Source: a virus | Taxonomy: Duplodnaviria; Caudoviricetes | Virus record (IMG/VR): IMGVR_UViG_3300048576_000564 | Coordinates: 1 to 36,964 of that record | Length of the DNA stretch: 36,964 nt | Strand: one strand, 5' to 3' | Part shown: positions 1 through 9,263 of the stretch, one piece after another | Layout: each line of letters opens with the position of its first letter | How positions within the stretch are numbered: the stretch's first letter is position 1 | The notes under the pieces: generated by a model | Told to the model about the DNA's origin: nothing | Database searches by the model: none | The model's input: the letters and a program-made list of their open reading frames with translations, nothing else | Made by a program: the position numbers and the translations under genes

Positions 1-433
1 TCAACCGGGGCAGGATACACCAGTCAGGGTTGCTGAGAAACCAAGAGCGGGAACATTTGTGATGATCAACTCGGCTGCCGCGCTTGAGTGACCGCCGCCG
101 CGCACGGAATAGGTGGTCGATATCTCGGTAATGGCGAATCCGTCGAACACCTGGCGCACCTCCGGTCGGTCATTGATCGACAGAATGAAGCGGCCTTGAA
201 CATCCCTTAACACCGCCGCCAACCGTTCGAAATCGGCCCGGCCGAACATGTCCTTGCCGTAATAGTCCTCGGTTCCCCAATAGGGCGGGTCGAGATAGAA
301 CAGCGTTTCCGCCCGATCGTAGCGGCAGAAATACGCCGCCCATGCCGACGAACGGCTCGGCATAAGTGGTATGCGGCACCGCTTGGATCATTTCGACGAT
401 GCGACGGGAAAGATTCCGGCGGGGGATAGTCAT
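1..433 (-). pseudogene. Dam-like (D12 class) DNA adenine methyltransferase, internally deleted and frameshifted
   Basis: Motif I (YAEPFVGMGGVFL) in one frame is joined at about 322-330 to RYDRAETLFYLDPPY (motif IV) and the C-terminus in another frame. The central region and the N-terminal GGK motif are absent. Confidence 0.8.
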
Positions 434-944
434 CAGTGAAACAGGTTGGTGATGGTGATTGCCGCCTCGTTGAGGCCGACCGCGCCGCCGATGAATGCGC
501 CGGTCACGCCGCCCAGCCACAGCTCGGCGACCTCGGTCCAGGCCCCGCGCGAAACCACGGTGAGGCCGAACAGCTTGATCTCGGGGATCGTCTCCTGGCG
601 CGCATAGGCACAGGGATAGCCCTCGCCCGCCCAGCCATAGCGCTGCGGTCCCTCCTGGCCTGCCTCCCCCCGCCGTTGTTGTGGGCGACCAGGAACCACA
701 GGCAGACCAGCGCGCAGGCGACAGCGACGATCAGCAGGGTGGCCCAATCCCAGCGCCAGGGCCAGACCCCGGAGGCGCGGGCGATCAGACCGACGAGGTA
801 AAGGCACAGCGCGGAGACCTTGACCGAGCGCGGGAAATCCCCCCCCATGCCGCCCAGCCACCGGCGCCAGAGCGCCAGCACGGCGACGGCCTCGGCGACG
901 CGCCAGAGGATCAGCAGCAGGGCCAGGGCGATGATGGTCAGCAT
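433..944 (-). pseudogene. Multi-pass membrane protein split by a frameshift in a G6 run
   Basis: ORF 504..944 is hydrophobic up to AHNNGG and then loses protein-like character. Frame 433..978 continues RYGWAGEGY...WTEVAELWLGG. The switch is at the C6 tract 666-671. Confidence 0.6.
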
Positions 945-947
945 GGA

Positions 948-1466
948 TCAGCCCTCCGTTTTCAGGGTTTCCGGCCACGCCGGGGTGACGGCCAGGATCG
1001 CGGCGGCATCGTCACCGGCGGCGATGATCGCGGCCTCCGCCGCGTTGGAGGCAGCGCGGACGGCGGCGCGATAGGTCGCCACGGCGGCGGGCAGCGCCGT
1101 GCCGCCCTCCGCCGCGCGGATGACCATCCAATCGGTGCCGGTTAGCATCCCCGCCGCCTGCGCCTTGATCGCGGCGATGCGGTCAGCGCGGATCTCCGCC
1201 GCCGGGATTGCCTCGGCGGTGTAGACCAGGGCGGCATCGGGCCAATCGACGGCCACGTCCTGATGCGTCACGGTGTAGAGACGTCCGTCCGGGCCGCAGG
1301 GATCGGTGATCGGGATCAGCCCGTCAGCCAGGTTGTCGGCACGGCTGCGCAGGGTGGCGTCACTGATGGTGCGGTCATCCCAGGTTTTGATCCCCCGCCC
1401 ACTGACGGCGTTGCCGAGGTGCTCGTGGGTGTTGGGGTTGCAAATCGCAAATTGCGGATTGGGCAT
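948..1466 (-). CDS. Tail fibre assembly chaperone-like protein
   Basis: C-terminal LTGTDWMVIR...YRAAVR...WPE pattern; directly downstream of the fibre gene. Confidence 0.7.
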   Translation of the reverse strand: MPNPQFAICNPNTHEHLGNAVSGRGIKTWDDRTISDATLRSRADNLADGLIPITDPCGPDGRLYTVTHQDVAVDWPDAALVYTAEAIPAAEIRADRIAAIKAQAAGMLTGTDWMVIRAAEGGTALPAAVATYRAAVRAASNAAEAAIIAAGDDAAAILAVTPAWPETLKTEG

Positions 1467-1480
1467 GATGATCCTCCTGA

Positions 1481-3721
1481 TTATCTCGCGCGGGCAAATT
1501 TGCCGGGGCAGGCGGCCCAGGCGGCGCGGATGATGGTGTTGCCGGAACCGTTAAGGCCGAAGTGGCTGGTGCGGACCTTGACGCCGGTGGAGACGAAATC
1601 GCAGGTGCCGTCGCCGTTGCTGATTTCGCTAGCGGCGTCGGAAAGCCACAGCCGCAGATCAACGGGGTTGACCGGGCTGCGCGCGATGTCTTGCAGGGTG
1701 TGATAGTTGCTACCCTGGTTGGCGTTTTTGCTGACCATGAACAGCGGCGCGAAGTCCATCAGGTCGGTCGGGCCGTCCGCCAAGCTGTTGCCGACGTGGC
1801 TGCCGAAATCCGAAAATCCCAGCACGCCGAGCCACGCCAGCACCGCATAGGTGCCGGTGGGCAGCCCTGCCCCCAGGGTCAAATCCACGGCGGTCGAGGC
1901 GAACCACCCGGCATCGGTGGCGGCGGCATCCAGGGTGTTGAGCGCCAGATACTGCCCGGCGGCCAGCCCGAGACGATGATAGATGCGCTTGATCGTGCCG
2001 GTGGACAGGTTGAGCACCCAGGCGTAATCGACCGCGCCGCCCACGTTGTGGGCTACGGTGGTGGCGGTGCCGGTGGTGTGCGCGATCGTCAGGATATCGA
2101 ACCCGGCGCACCGCGCCGCCCGCCAGATCAGGTCCAGCCGGTTGCCTGCATAGGCGGCGGCGGCCCCGATGGTGTAGCCCGTCCCCGTGAAGGTGAGGCC
2201 GTCCGCCTCGGCGAAGTCGCCCGCGCTGCCGTTGATCGCAATGGCGCGCCCCGCGCGGGTGGAGAGGTTGAGCCGCCAATCCGTGGCGTTGTTGCGAGAC
2301 TTGGAGAGGACGGCGGTCTTGATCGTCGTTGCGTCCCAGGGCAAGTCCGTCACCCCGGCGGAGGCCGACCGCAGGCGGGTGGTAACGTAACGCGCCGGTC
2401 GCTTGATCGGCGGACACGGCAGATTGTTGGTGGCCATGGACTTGTAGCCATCCGGCACGGCCAGCGCGAAGGCGCGGTCGCCGAAGTTGACGGTCGCGCC
2501 GCCATAGGTGTCGGTCTTGCTGACGGCAAAGACCAGGCCGGGGGTCCAGGCATAGGACACCGCCGCGCCGATCTGCCCGGCGGCGTTGCGCCACGACAGC
2601 AATCCCGCGTCGGCGTCGTACAGCACCATCAGCGCCGCGCCCACCGCCGTGGTGGCAAGGCCGGATTGTACGGTGGAACCATCCTTGGCGATCCATCCCT
2701 GGAACGCATAGCCGCATTCGCCGAGATGCCAATTGCTGACCCCCAGCGATCCGGCTCCACCTTGCCGCGACCGCGCGCCGCCGCGCCGAACCCCGGCGGA
2801 CATGCTGGTGTTGGTGGTGTCGGCCACCACCTCCCCCAACACCCACTTGCCAGTGGGCGGGATCGGCGTGGTGGCGGTGACCATTTCGCAGCCGCCGCTG
2901 CCGCTGTTGGCGGTCATCGTCCGCCCGCCGTTGGAGACGTTGGCGGCGTAGCGGTCGTTATAGGCCAGCACCGGGAAGCCGTGCGTCGGAGTGTTGGCGC
3001 TCTGGCTGGCAGCGGTCAGACCGGAAGGCGTCCAGTGGTTGCCGTTGCCGGACACGTCGTGCCCCAGGTTGAGCGGGTCGGCAAAATCCAGATGCCAGCC
3101 CTGTGCGCCATAGGCCGCCGCGCCCTGGCCCGCGAACTGGCGAGGGACCCAGACCCCATAGCGATTGATGTAACCAAGCTCGGTGGACAGGGCGGCACGT
3201 CCATCAATGTGGATGTATTCCGCCGCCGCGCCCTTGAAGTAACCAAATGCACCGTAGCCTTTGAACAGGCTGTAGAGGTATCCGACATACCCCCAATAGC
3301 AAGCCGGGACGGACCCGGACGTGGCGATGGTTTCGCCGTTGATTTGCATGGTGTAGGTGCTGGCCCCGTCATAGGTCAGGTGCAAGTGATACCACCCGGC
3401 CACGTCGCGGATGGCGCGGGCGAAGGTCAGGGTGGTGTTGTTGCGGTCGGTGTATTGCAGTTTTGACGGCGCACCGCTGCCGTAGTTCATAATCCACGTC
3501 GCCGAGACACTCCCAACGATGCCGTCCATCAGGCACATGTCGGCGGCGGCAATGTCCAGCCACCGCACCCACACGGACCACGTTTTTGCCGCGCCGGTGG
3601 CCGCCTTGGTTTCGGTGCGGGTCAGATACTGCGCCCCATTGAGGGTGCAGCTATAGGCGATATCGTCGCCGGGGTCGCCGCAACGGCCAAGGGGGGGATG
3701 TTTGCGCCGGGTGATCGCCAT
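1481..3721 (-). CDS. Tail fibre / receptor-binding protein with LamG (ConA-like) and SPRY-like domains
   Basis: 746 aa, beta-rich with many G/T/W/Y; motifs WSVWVR, RDVAGWYHL, WHLDF..LGHDVSGNGNHW, GATVNFG..F..VPDGYKS; tail-distal position. Confidence 0.75.
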   Translation of the reverse strand: MAITRRKHPPLGRCGDPGDDIAYSCTLNGAQYLTRTETKAATGAAKTWSVWVRWLDIAAADMCLMDGIVGSVSATWIMNYGSGAPSKLQYTDRNNTTLTFARAIRDVAGWYHLHLTYDGASTYTMQINGETIATSGSVPACYWGYVGYLYSLFKGYGAFGYFKGAAAEYIHIDGRAALSTELGYINRYGVWVPRQFAGQGAAAYGAQGWHLDFADPLNLGHDVSGNGNHWTPSGLTAASQSANTPTHGFPVLAYNDRYAANVSNGGRTMTANSGSGGCEMVTATTPIPPTGKWVLGEVVADTTNTSMSAGVRRGGARSRQGGAGSLGVSNWHLGECGYAFQGWIAKDGSTVQSGLATTAVGAALMVLYDADAGLLSWRNAAGQIGAAVSYAWTPGLVFAVSKTDTYGGATVNFGDRAFALAVPDGYKSMATNNLPCPPIKRPARYVTTRLRSASAGVTDLPWDATTIKTAVLSKSRNNATDWRLNLSTRAGRAIAINGSAGDFAEADGLTFTGTGYTIGAAAAYAGNRLDLIWRAARCAGFDILTIAHTTGTATTVAHNVGGAVDYAWVLNLSTGTIKRIYHRLGLAAGQYLALNTLDAAATDAGWFASTAVDLTLGAGLPTGTYAVLAWLGVLGFSDFGSHVGNSLADGPTDLMDFAPLFMVSKNANQGSNYHTLQDIARSPVNPVDLRLWLSDAASEISNGDGTCDFVSTGVKVRTSHFGLNGSGNTIIRAAWAACPGKFARAR

Positions 3722-3724
3722 GGC

Positions 3725-4534
3725 TTAGACCTCCGCCGCTTGCGCGATATCGACCACCGGGCCGCCGCCGGTGATGGTGACGTACAGACAATTGATCGCG
3801 CCGGGGTCCGTGGACCACTCGCCCTGACGGACGATCCAGCCCGCCGCCCAGGTGACGGCATGGCCGCCGGTGGCGTCTTGCGTCGCCTCGACGTAGTACT
3901 GGTTGCCCACCACCCCGCCGGTCGGCAGGGCGAAGGTAATCGCCGCCGCCACGGCAATGGCGTGGTTGTCCCGCGCCGCGAAATCCAGGGTGACGACGCC
4001 CTCGACCGCCGCCGCCGCCAGCGCCGTCGCCGGATAGGCGGCGGTCACCGTGGCGGACACGGACGCGCGCAGCATGTCGGCGGGGATCGATATGCTGCCC
4101 AGGGCATCCGCCAGCGCGGCGCCAAGGCCGGAGGGGGTAACGGCAAGGGTGCCGCTTTCCAACGCGCGAGTTTCCGTCGTCGTCGCCAGTTCGACGATGC
4201 CCCGGACCGTCGTGGAGGCGTTGGGCGGGGCCGCGCCGTCGATCTGCGCCTGGATCGCGGCCACCAATCCCGCCTCGATCTTGTCGAGGTCGCCGTCGTC
4301 GATCACCCCGGTGGCATAGCGGTTGGCGATGTACTGCGCCAAACCCGCCGCGATCAGCGAGATCTGCCGCAAGGCCCGATTATGCAATTCGCGGAGTGCC
4401 ATGCCTTTCTGGTGTCCGCGAAGGCGCTGGGTGAAAGTGGCGTAGTCCTCCAGCGACAGGAGGTCACCAGCAGCGATCGTCCCCTCGGTGCAGAACGGCA
4501 GGATTTGGGAAATTGCGCCTTCGTTAAGGGGCAT
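3725..4534 (-). CDS. Tail fibre baseplate-anchor protein
   Basis: N-terminal NRALRQISLIAAGLAQYIA anchor motif and fibre repeat NASTTVRGIVELAT; follows the DUF2612-like gene. Confidence 0.75.
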   Translation of the reverse strand: MPLNEGAISQILPFCTEGTIAAGDLLSLEDYATFTQRLRGHQKGMALRELHNRALRQISLIAAGLAQYIANRYATGVIDDGDLDKIEAGLVAAIQAQIDGAAPPNASTTVRGIVELATTTETRALESGTLAVTPSGLGAALADALGSISIPADMLRASVSATVTAAYPATALAAAAVEGVVTLDFAARDNHAIAVAAAITFALPTGGVVGNQYYVEATQDATGGHAVTWAAGWIVRQGEWSTDPGAINCLYVTITGGGPVVDIAQAAEV

Positions 4535-5210
4535 CGTAGGTCTCCACGGGTTTGATGATTCGGGGCCAGGAGCCCTCGTTCCAACCGGCCAACGCCGGGG
4601 AATCGCAGTTCCAGGCGAAGAGAGGGCCGGTCTCGGTGGCCACCGCGTAATAGGTGATTCGCACGCCGGCGGGCTTGAGAGGGATGTATCCCCGGACGAG
4701 TAGTTGTTCGACGATGGTGCTCGGTGTGATGCCCGCGACGCCGACGATGATCGACATGTCCTGGTTGTCTTGGATCACGATGATCAGACCCATGTCGGCG
4801 AAGGCGGCTTCCCAGATGGCGTATGCGCCGTCGCGGGTGCCGTCCCAGCCGTTGGCGGCGACCTTGGCCTTCAGCAGCAGGCGGTACATGTCGTCGGGGA
4901 GCGAGATCATGCCGCTTTCGGGATCGTAGAGGCCCTTCCACGACCCTTCGTTCCAGCCCACGCCTTCCTCGTTCCAGGCGAAATACACGCCTTCAAGGGG
5001 CGTTGAAAGGTGGCGCGTCCGCCCCGGCCATTCGCCGACCTGGTCGAGTTGCACCCCGACGGCGTCGTCGAGGTCGAAGGCGTGGCGGATCCGTTCCAGC
5101 AGTTCCTGGATTTCGACCGCCGGGCGCGTCACCGCATCGACGACGGCGACGAACTTGGGCCGCTGCCGGTGTTGCGATGTGATGCGGTCGAGGTAGGGGT
5201 TGTCGGTCAT
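4524..5210 (-). CDS. Baseplate protein, DUF2612-like
   Basis: FDLDDAVGVQLDQVG, DDMYRLLLKAK, KPAGV motifs; follows baseplate J. Confidence 0.8.
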   Translation of the reverse strand: MTDNPYLDRITSQHRQRPKFVAVVDAVTRPAVEIQELLERIRHAFDLDDAVGVQLDQVGEWPGRTRHLSTPLEGVYFAWNEEGVGWNEGSWKGLYDPESGMISLPDDMYRLLLKAKVAANGWDGTRDGAYAIWEAAFADMGLIIVIQDNQDMSIIVGVAGITPSTIVEQLLVRGYIPLKPAGVRITYYAVATETGPLFAWNCDSPALAGWNEGSWPRIIKPVETYDAP

Positions 5211-6370
5211 TCGACGATCACCTCGACATCGGCGGCCGTGCAGGCGGCGGCGGCGTTATAGGGAATGGCCAGATTGGCGACGGCATAGTCCCCGCCGTCG
5301 AGGGCAAGGGCGATTTCCAGCACGTCGAACGTCTTCGGACTGCCGTTGGCGGCGTTGACCGGGGTGTAGATCTGCGACAGCAGCACGTCCTCGCCGATGT
5401 CGAGGGCGTTGATGAAGGCCGCGACGTTGGTTGCGATCTCCTCGCCGGTGACCGCCAGGTACCCGGCCAGGGCGCGCAGCCGAATCCGCACCTTCAGCGC
5501 CGCCTCGACCCGTCGCCAGAAACGGATGGTGATCGGCATGCCGTATTTGTCGGTCACGGTGACCGCGGTGTTGCCGAAGGTGCCGCAGCCGGGGGCCTTC
5601 TTGCCCGCGATGGCCTCGGCGATTTCGGTCGTATCGCCGCCTTCGACCACCAGGCTGATGGTATGCGGCGGGATGCCGTCGGCATCGGCCTCGTCGGTAT
5701 CGTTCTCGTAAGGCTTGACCCGCGTCACCCCCTCGATCTCGGCCACCGCTCCGGCAATGCCGTCCAGTACCGTCCGAGACGGACGCGCCGTGGAAATCTT
5801 CTGGCGGCGACGCAGCGCGGCATCGAGTTCGACGGCGGCTCCGGGGGTGGCGGCCTCGGGATTGGTTACCGAGTGCCAGCCGAGCATGGGGGTCGCGATC
5901 ATGGAGATGTCGCCGGCGGCGGCGCGGATGTCGCCTGCGGTTTCGGCGGTGGCGGTGACGACGATTTCCCCGGCCAGCGGGATGGCGGTGCCGTCGGGGA
6001 TCAGCCAATTGACCTGCTGCCCGTCCTGTGCGATGGCGCCGGTCAACACGGTCCCGACCGCGCCGACGATGCGTACCGCCGCGGTGCTATACGTTGCGGT
6101 CTTGCGACGAATACCGTTGATCGCCACCTGTCGCGACAGGGACACGTACTGCGCCGACGTCGGGGAAAAGCTGTTGTAGACCGATCCGGCCAGGTTATAG
6201 GCATCGTACAGGGCTTCGGCGAAGATCGCGGCGAGTTGCCCGTCCTGGCTATCGGCCTCAAGGTAGAGGTCCTCGCCATAGATGCCGCGCATCGCGGTCT
6301 GCACGCTATCCAGCACCGCCGAATAGTCGGGCAGGTGCAGGCCGGTTTCGTCGATAGTGGCAAGGGCCAT
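5207..6370 (-). CDS. Baseplate J-like wedge protein
   Basis: SQDGQ, E.DAALRRRQ, YENDT...GIPPH..VVEGG, KKAPG motifs. Confidence 0.88.
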   Translation of the reverse strand: MALATIDETGLHLPDYSAVLDSVQTAMRGIYGEDLYLEADSQDGQLAAIFAEALYDAYNLAGSVYNSFSPTSAQYVSLSRQVAINGIRRKTATYSTAAVRIVGAVGTVLTGAIAQDGQQVNWLIPDGTAIPLAGEIVVTATAETAGDIRAAAGDISMIATPMLGWHSVTNPEAATPGAAVELDAALRRRQKISTARPSRTVLDGIAGAVAEIEGVTRVKPYENDTDEADADGIPPHTISLVVEGGDTTEIAEAIAGKKAPGCGTFGNTAVTVTDKYGMPITIRFWRRVEAALKVRIRLRALAGYLAVTGEEIATNVAAFINALDIGEDVLLSQIYTPVNAANGSPKTFDVLEIALALDGGDYAVANLAIPYNAAAACTAADVEVIVE

Positions 6371-6724
6371 CTAAAGCACCTCCGTCACGCTGGCGGGGCC
6401 GTAGATCGTGTCGATCTCGACCGAGACGGTGAGTTTGCGGGTATCGGGGTCGAAGTCGCTTTCGTAGGACAGAATCGCGGAGACCCCCTCGGTGTCGAGG
6501 ATGCGGCTTTGCAGCACCAGGTCGTAGCTTTGCTTGGTGTGTTTGCCGAACACCCCCTGCACGTAGGGGGTGCCGTCCGTGAGGTCGAGGAACCATTCGC
6601 CGGCCAGCTGCGCCAGTCGCGTCGAAACCGCCTGGGCGACGGCCTCCGGCACGTCGGTCAGGTGGTCGGACGAGCCGTGGCCGATGGTGAAATCGCGATC
6701 GGCGTCGAGGCGGCGGTACATCAT
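6371..6724 (-). CDS. Baseplate wedge / sheath initiator (gp25-like)
   Basis: AVAQAVSTRL...GEWFLD..GTPY...TIYG; lies between spike and J genes. Confidence 0.75.
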   Translation of the reverse strand: MMYRRLDADRDFTIGHGSSDHLTDVPEAVAQAVSTRLAQLAGEWFLDLTDGTPYVQGVFGKHTKQSYDLVLQSRILDTEGVSAILSYESDFDPDTRKLTVSVEIDTIYGPASVTEVL

Positions 6725-7434
6725 TGCGGCACCCCCGTGGATCCCGGTCCCGGCTGGACGTCGCGATGGGTGTGGCCGTGGAGCGATATGCCGCCTGCGA
6801 CGACGTCCTCGGTCACCACGATTTGACCGTCGAGTGTCGCCGTGGTCGCGCCACCGTCGATCGCCTGCATCGAGATCGCCCCCTTGAGCACCAGCAGCGG
6901 TGCTTCGAGAGTGATGCTGGTGGTGGCGCGGACGCTGATCTCGCCACCCGGCGCGATGGCAATGTGTTGATCACCGTCGACGGATCGCAGTTGCACCGCC
7001 TGAGTATCCGCCGCCGGAGTCAGACGCCGCGCCTGAGAACGCGGTCCGACGATGGCAAAGCCGTCGGACAGGTCGTGCATGCGCTGCTCGGTCGGGGCCT
7101 GCACGCCGCCGGATTGCCACCACCCGTCAATGCAGCGGCTGGCGAACACCACCAGGCACTCATCCCCGGCGGCAATCGGGAAGGTCAGCACGAACCCGCC
7201 GCCCTGCGGCCAGATCACCGGCACGTTGATCAGCAGAGGCAGGGACGCCTGCCGCACGGATCCGTCCTCGCCGGTGATCAACCCCTTGATCGCGGGCTGC
7301 ACGGATACCGTCATCGCCGTGGCGTCGAAGGCGGCGACGATGCCGGGCAACGCAGTCCAAATCTCCGCCTGCTTGCCGTCAAGGGCGGCGCGCAGCGCCT
7401 CCACCGGTTCGTCCTGTCGTTCGCGACGATCCAT
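6721..7434 (-). CDS. Baseplate central spike (gp138/gpV-like)
   Basis: Start at MDRRERQ; PIAAGDECLVVFASRCID.W, RMHDLSD, C-terminal HxH metal motif (HGHTH). Confidence 0.85.
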   Translation of the reverse strand: MDRRERQDEPVEALRAALDGKQAEIWTALPGIVAAFDATAMTVSVQPAIKGLITGEDGSVRQASLPLLINVPVIWPQGGGFVLTFPIAAGDECLVVFASRCIDGWWQSGGVQAPTEQRMHDLSDGFAIVGPRSQARRLTPAADTQAVQLRSVDGDQHIAIAPGGEISVRATTSITLEAPLLVLKGAISMQAIDGGATTATLDGQIVVTEDVVAGGISLHGHTHRDVQPGPGSTGVPQ

Positions 7435-7436
7435 GA

Positions 7437-8357
7437 TCAGATCCTGTCCAAAGGCATGTGGGAGGTATCGTCGAGGCCGATGCACAACAGATCGGCGTAC
7501 CAATCCGAGCCGCGCGTATCGCCCAGGAATTCCGCCTTGAGGATGCGGTACCAGCCGTCCCGATCCAGCTTGGCCGACTTGTCGAAGGCGCCGAGTTTCA
7601 GGTCGGCCTTGACCGTCTGAATGCTGGCGTTGTCCAGCTTGACCCTGCCGCCGATTTTGAGACGCGGGTTGATCAGACAGCGTGCCTTGATGCCGTCGTT
7701 GGTCTGTTCCGGCGAACCGATCAACCCGGTCGCCGAAGTCAACACCACGTCGGCGCCGGGCAGATATCCGGTTCCGGGCAAGACCTGAAGCAGGCCGGAC
7801 TGGATGCTCCAGGAAGCATCGGTACTCTGGGTGACGTCGCGCAGCACCTTGCGCGCCATGCCCCAGATTACCTTGCCGCGCGGCAGGGCCTGTCCGGCCA
7901 GATCGGGCAGATAGCCCAGCGCGGTGTCCTTGTCCGCCATCGCCGCCGCCGCCGCCGCGATTTGTCCGGCGGGGCGGACCCCTGCAGCCAGGGTGGCGGA
8001 AACGGTCGCGAAGTTGTAGGCGCGGTCGCCGTCGGCGACGGTGATTTCGGTTAGGGTGTCCGCGCCCTCGGTGCGGGTGCGCACCTGCCGGATCTGACCG
8101 TCGAAGATCACGCCGCAATTGCCGGAGTACCCCGCCGACAACACCACCCGCTTGAATTCGCCACGGATACGGGAAAGCGTTTCCGGGGCCAGGTTGTAGA
8201 CGGTGATGTCGGCGTTGTTCGGGGTCTCGACGTCGCCCTTGTGGGTGGCAAACTTGATGCGCAGCTGCGACAGGTCCAGCCCGGCGGACCCGCCGCCTAC
8301 GACGAGGGTGCAGGCGCGCAACCACTGACGATCTGCGGAGACTGCGGTGCTGGCCAT
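7437..8357 (-). CDS. Baseplate hub protein
   Basis: ADITVYNL, LSAGY, IFDGQI, WSIQ.G, TGLIGSPEQT motifs; position upstream of spike. Confidence 0.75.
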   Translation of the reverse strand: MASTAVSADRQWLRACTLVVGGGSAGLDLSQLRIKFATHKGDVETPNNADITVYNLAPETLSRIRGEFKRVVLSAGYSGNCGVIFDGQIRQVRTRTEGADTLTEITVADGDRAYNFATVSATLAAGVRPAGQIAAAAAAMADKDTALGYLPDLAGQALPRGKVIWGMARKVLRDVTQSTDASWSIQSGLLQVLPGTGYLPGADVVLTSATGLIGSPEQTNDGIKARCLINPRLKIGGRVKLDNASIQTVKADLKLGAFDKSAKLDRDGWYRILKAEFLGDTRGSDWYADLLCIGLDDTSHMPLDRI

Positions 8358-8358
8358 C

Positions 8359-8667
8359 TCAGTCCTCCGTTTCGAAAATCAGTTGCATGGCGCCGCCAAG
8401 ATCGTCGTAGCCGGGCGGCAGTTCGGTGGTCGAATAGATCCAGAGCATGCCGCCGATGCCCAAGTCCGGGTATTGTTCCAACAGGTCCGCGCCGGTGACG
8501 ACGGCCAAGCCGCAGGCCAGCGGGGCGTCGTCGGCGTCGGCGATGTCGAGCATCCACCCGCCCTCCGCCTGTCCGCACCAGCGCAGGGTCAGGCGGTATT
8601 GCACCCCGGCCAGGGCGATGCCGAAGGTCTGGGGTTCCGGGGTCAGGGGTACGATGAAGCGGCTCAT
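8359..8667 (-). CDS. Small baseplate protein
   Basis: W.LDI...PLACG..VVTGADLLEQY pattern; position. Confidence 0.6.
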   Translation of the reverse strand: MSRFIVPLTPEPQTFGIALAGVQYRLTLRWCGQAEGGWMLDIADADDAPLACGLAVVTGADLLEQYPDLGIGGMLWIYSTTELPPGYDDLGGAMQLIFETED

Positions 8668-9263
8668 GCCGGACCTCCCGGTCGACGATGGCCGGAGCCG
8701 CCCGCCGCCTCGGAAATCGCACTGCGCTTGTCGTTTTGCAGCTGCTTGTCGCCCTTGTCGGACACGCCGCCGGTTTTCGCGCCGTCGGCATGGCGGGATC
8801 GCGGCGGCATCGAGGTGGCCTTGGTTTCGACGATCAACACCTCGCGGCAGTCCGCGGTAATGACCAGGGCGTTGCCGGTGGTGGCGTCGACCGGCACCGA
8901 CAGGGTTTCGAGCATCATGTTCTTATAGCTGCGCAGGCCGGTGACGATTTCGAACGGTTCGCGGCTTTCCTGCAGGCTGCGCAGTTGGTCGTACAGCTTG
9001 ACGGATCGCCCCTCGCCCGAGGTCGCCGACGTTGCGAGGGATGCCCCCGAATCGCTGACGCCGCCGCGAATGGCCACCGTCTTCGGCTTGGCATAGGCGT
9101 GGTCGGAAATCGGAGCGCCCTTTTCCACCGGGTGTTCGGTGATGATCAGGGAATCCTCGTGCTTTTCTTCGATCACCACGTCGAACACCACGCCGCCCAG
9201 GCTGCGTTGCGGGCGGATCAGGGTCGGAGAGGGAGAACGGGAAAGACCGTCGAGATCGATCAT
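8664..9263 (-). CDS. Tail tube initiator / Dit-like baseplate protein
   Basis: ITEHPVEKGAPISDHA and VTGLRSYKNM motifs; immediately after tape measure. Confidence 0.7.
   Translation of the reverse strand: MIDLDGLSRSPSPTLIRPQRSLGGVVFDVVIEEKHEDSLIITEHPVEKGAPISDHAYAKPKTVAIRGGVSDSGASLATSATSGEGRSVKLYDQLRSLQESREPFEIVTGLRSYKNMMLETLSVPVDATTGNALVITADCREVLIVETKATSMPPRSRHADGAKTGGVSDKGDKQLQNDKRSAISEAAGGSGHRRPGGPA

Noticed and set aside
1481-3721. Diversity-generating retroelement or invertible fibre segment
   Set aside because: No reverse transcriptase, template/variable repeat pair, invertase or flanking inverted sites seen
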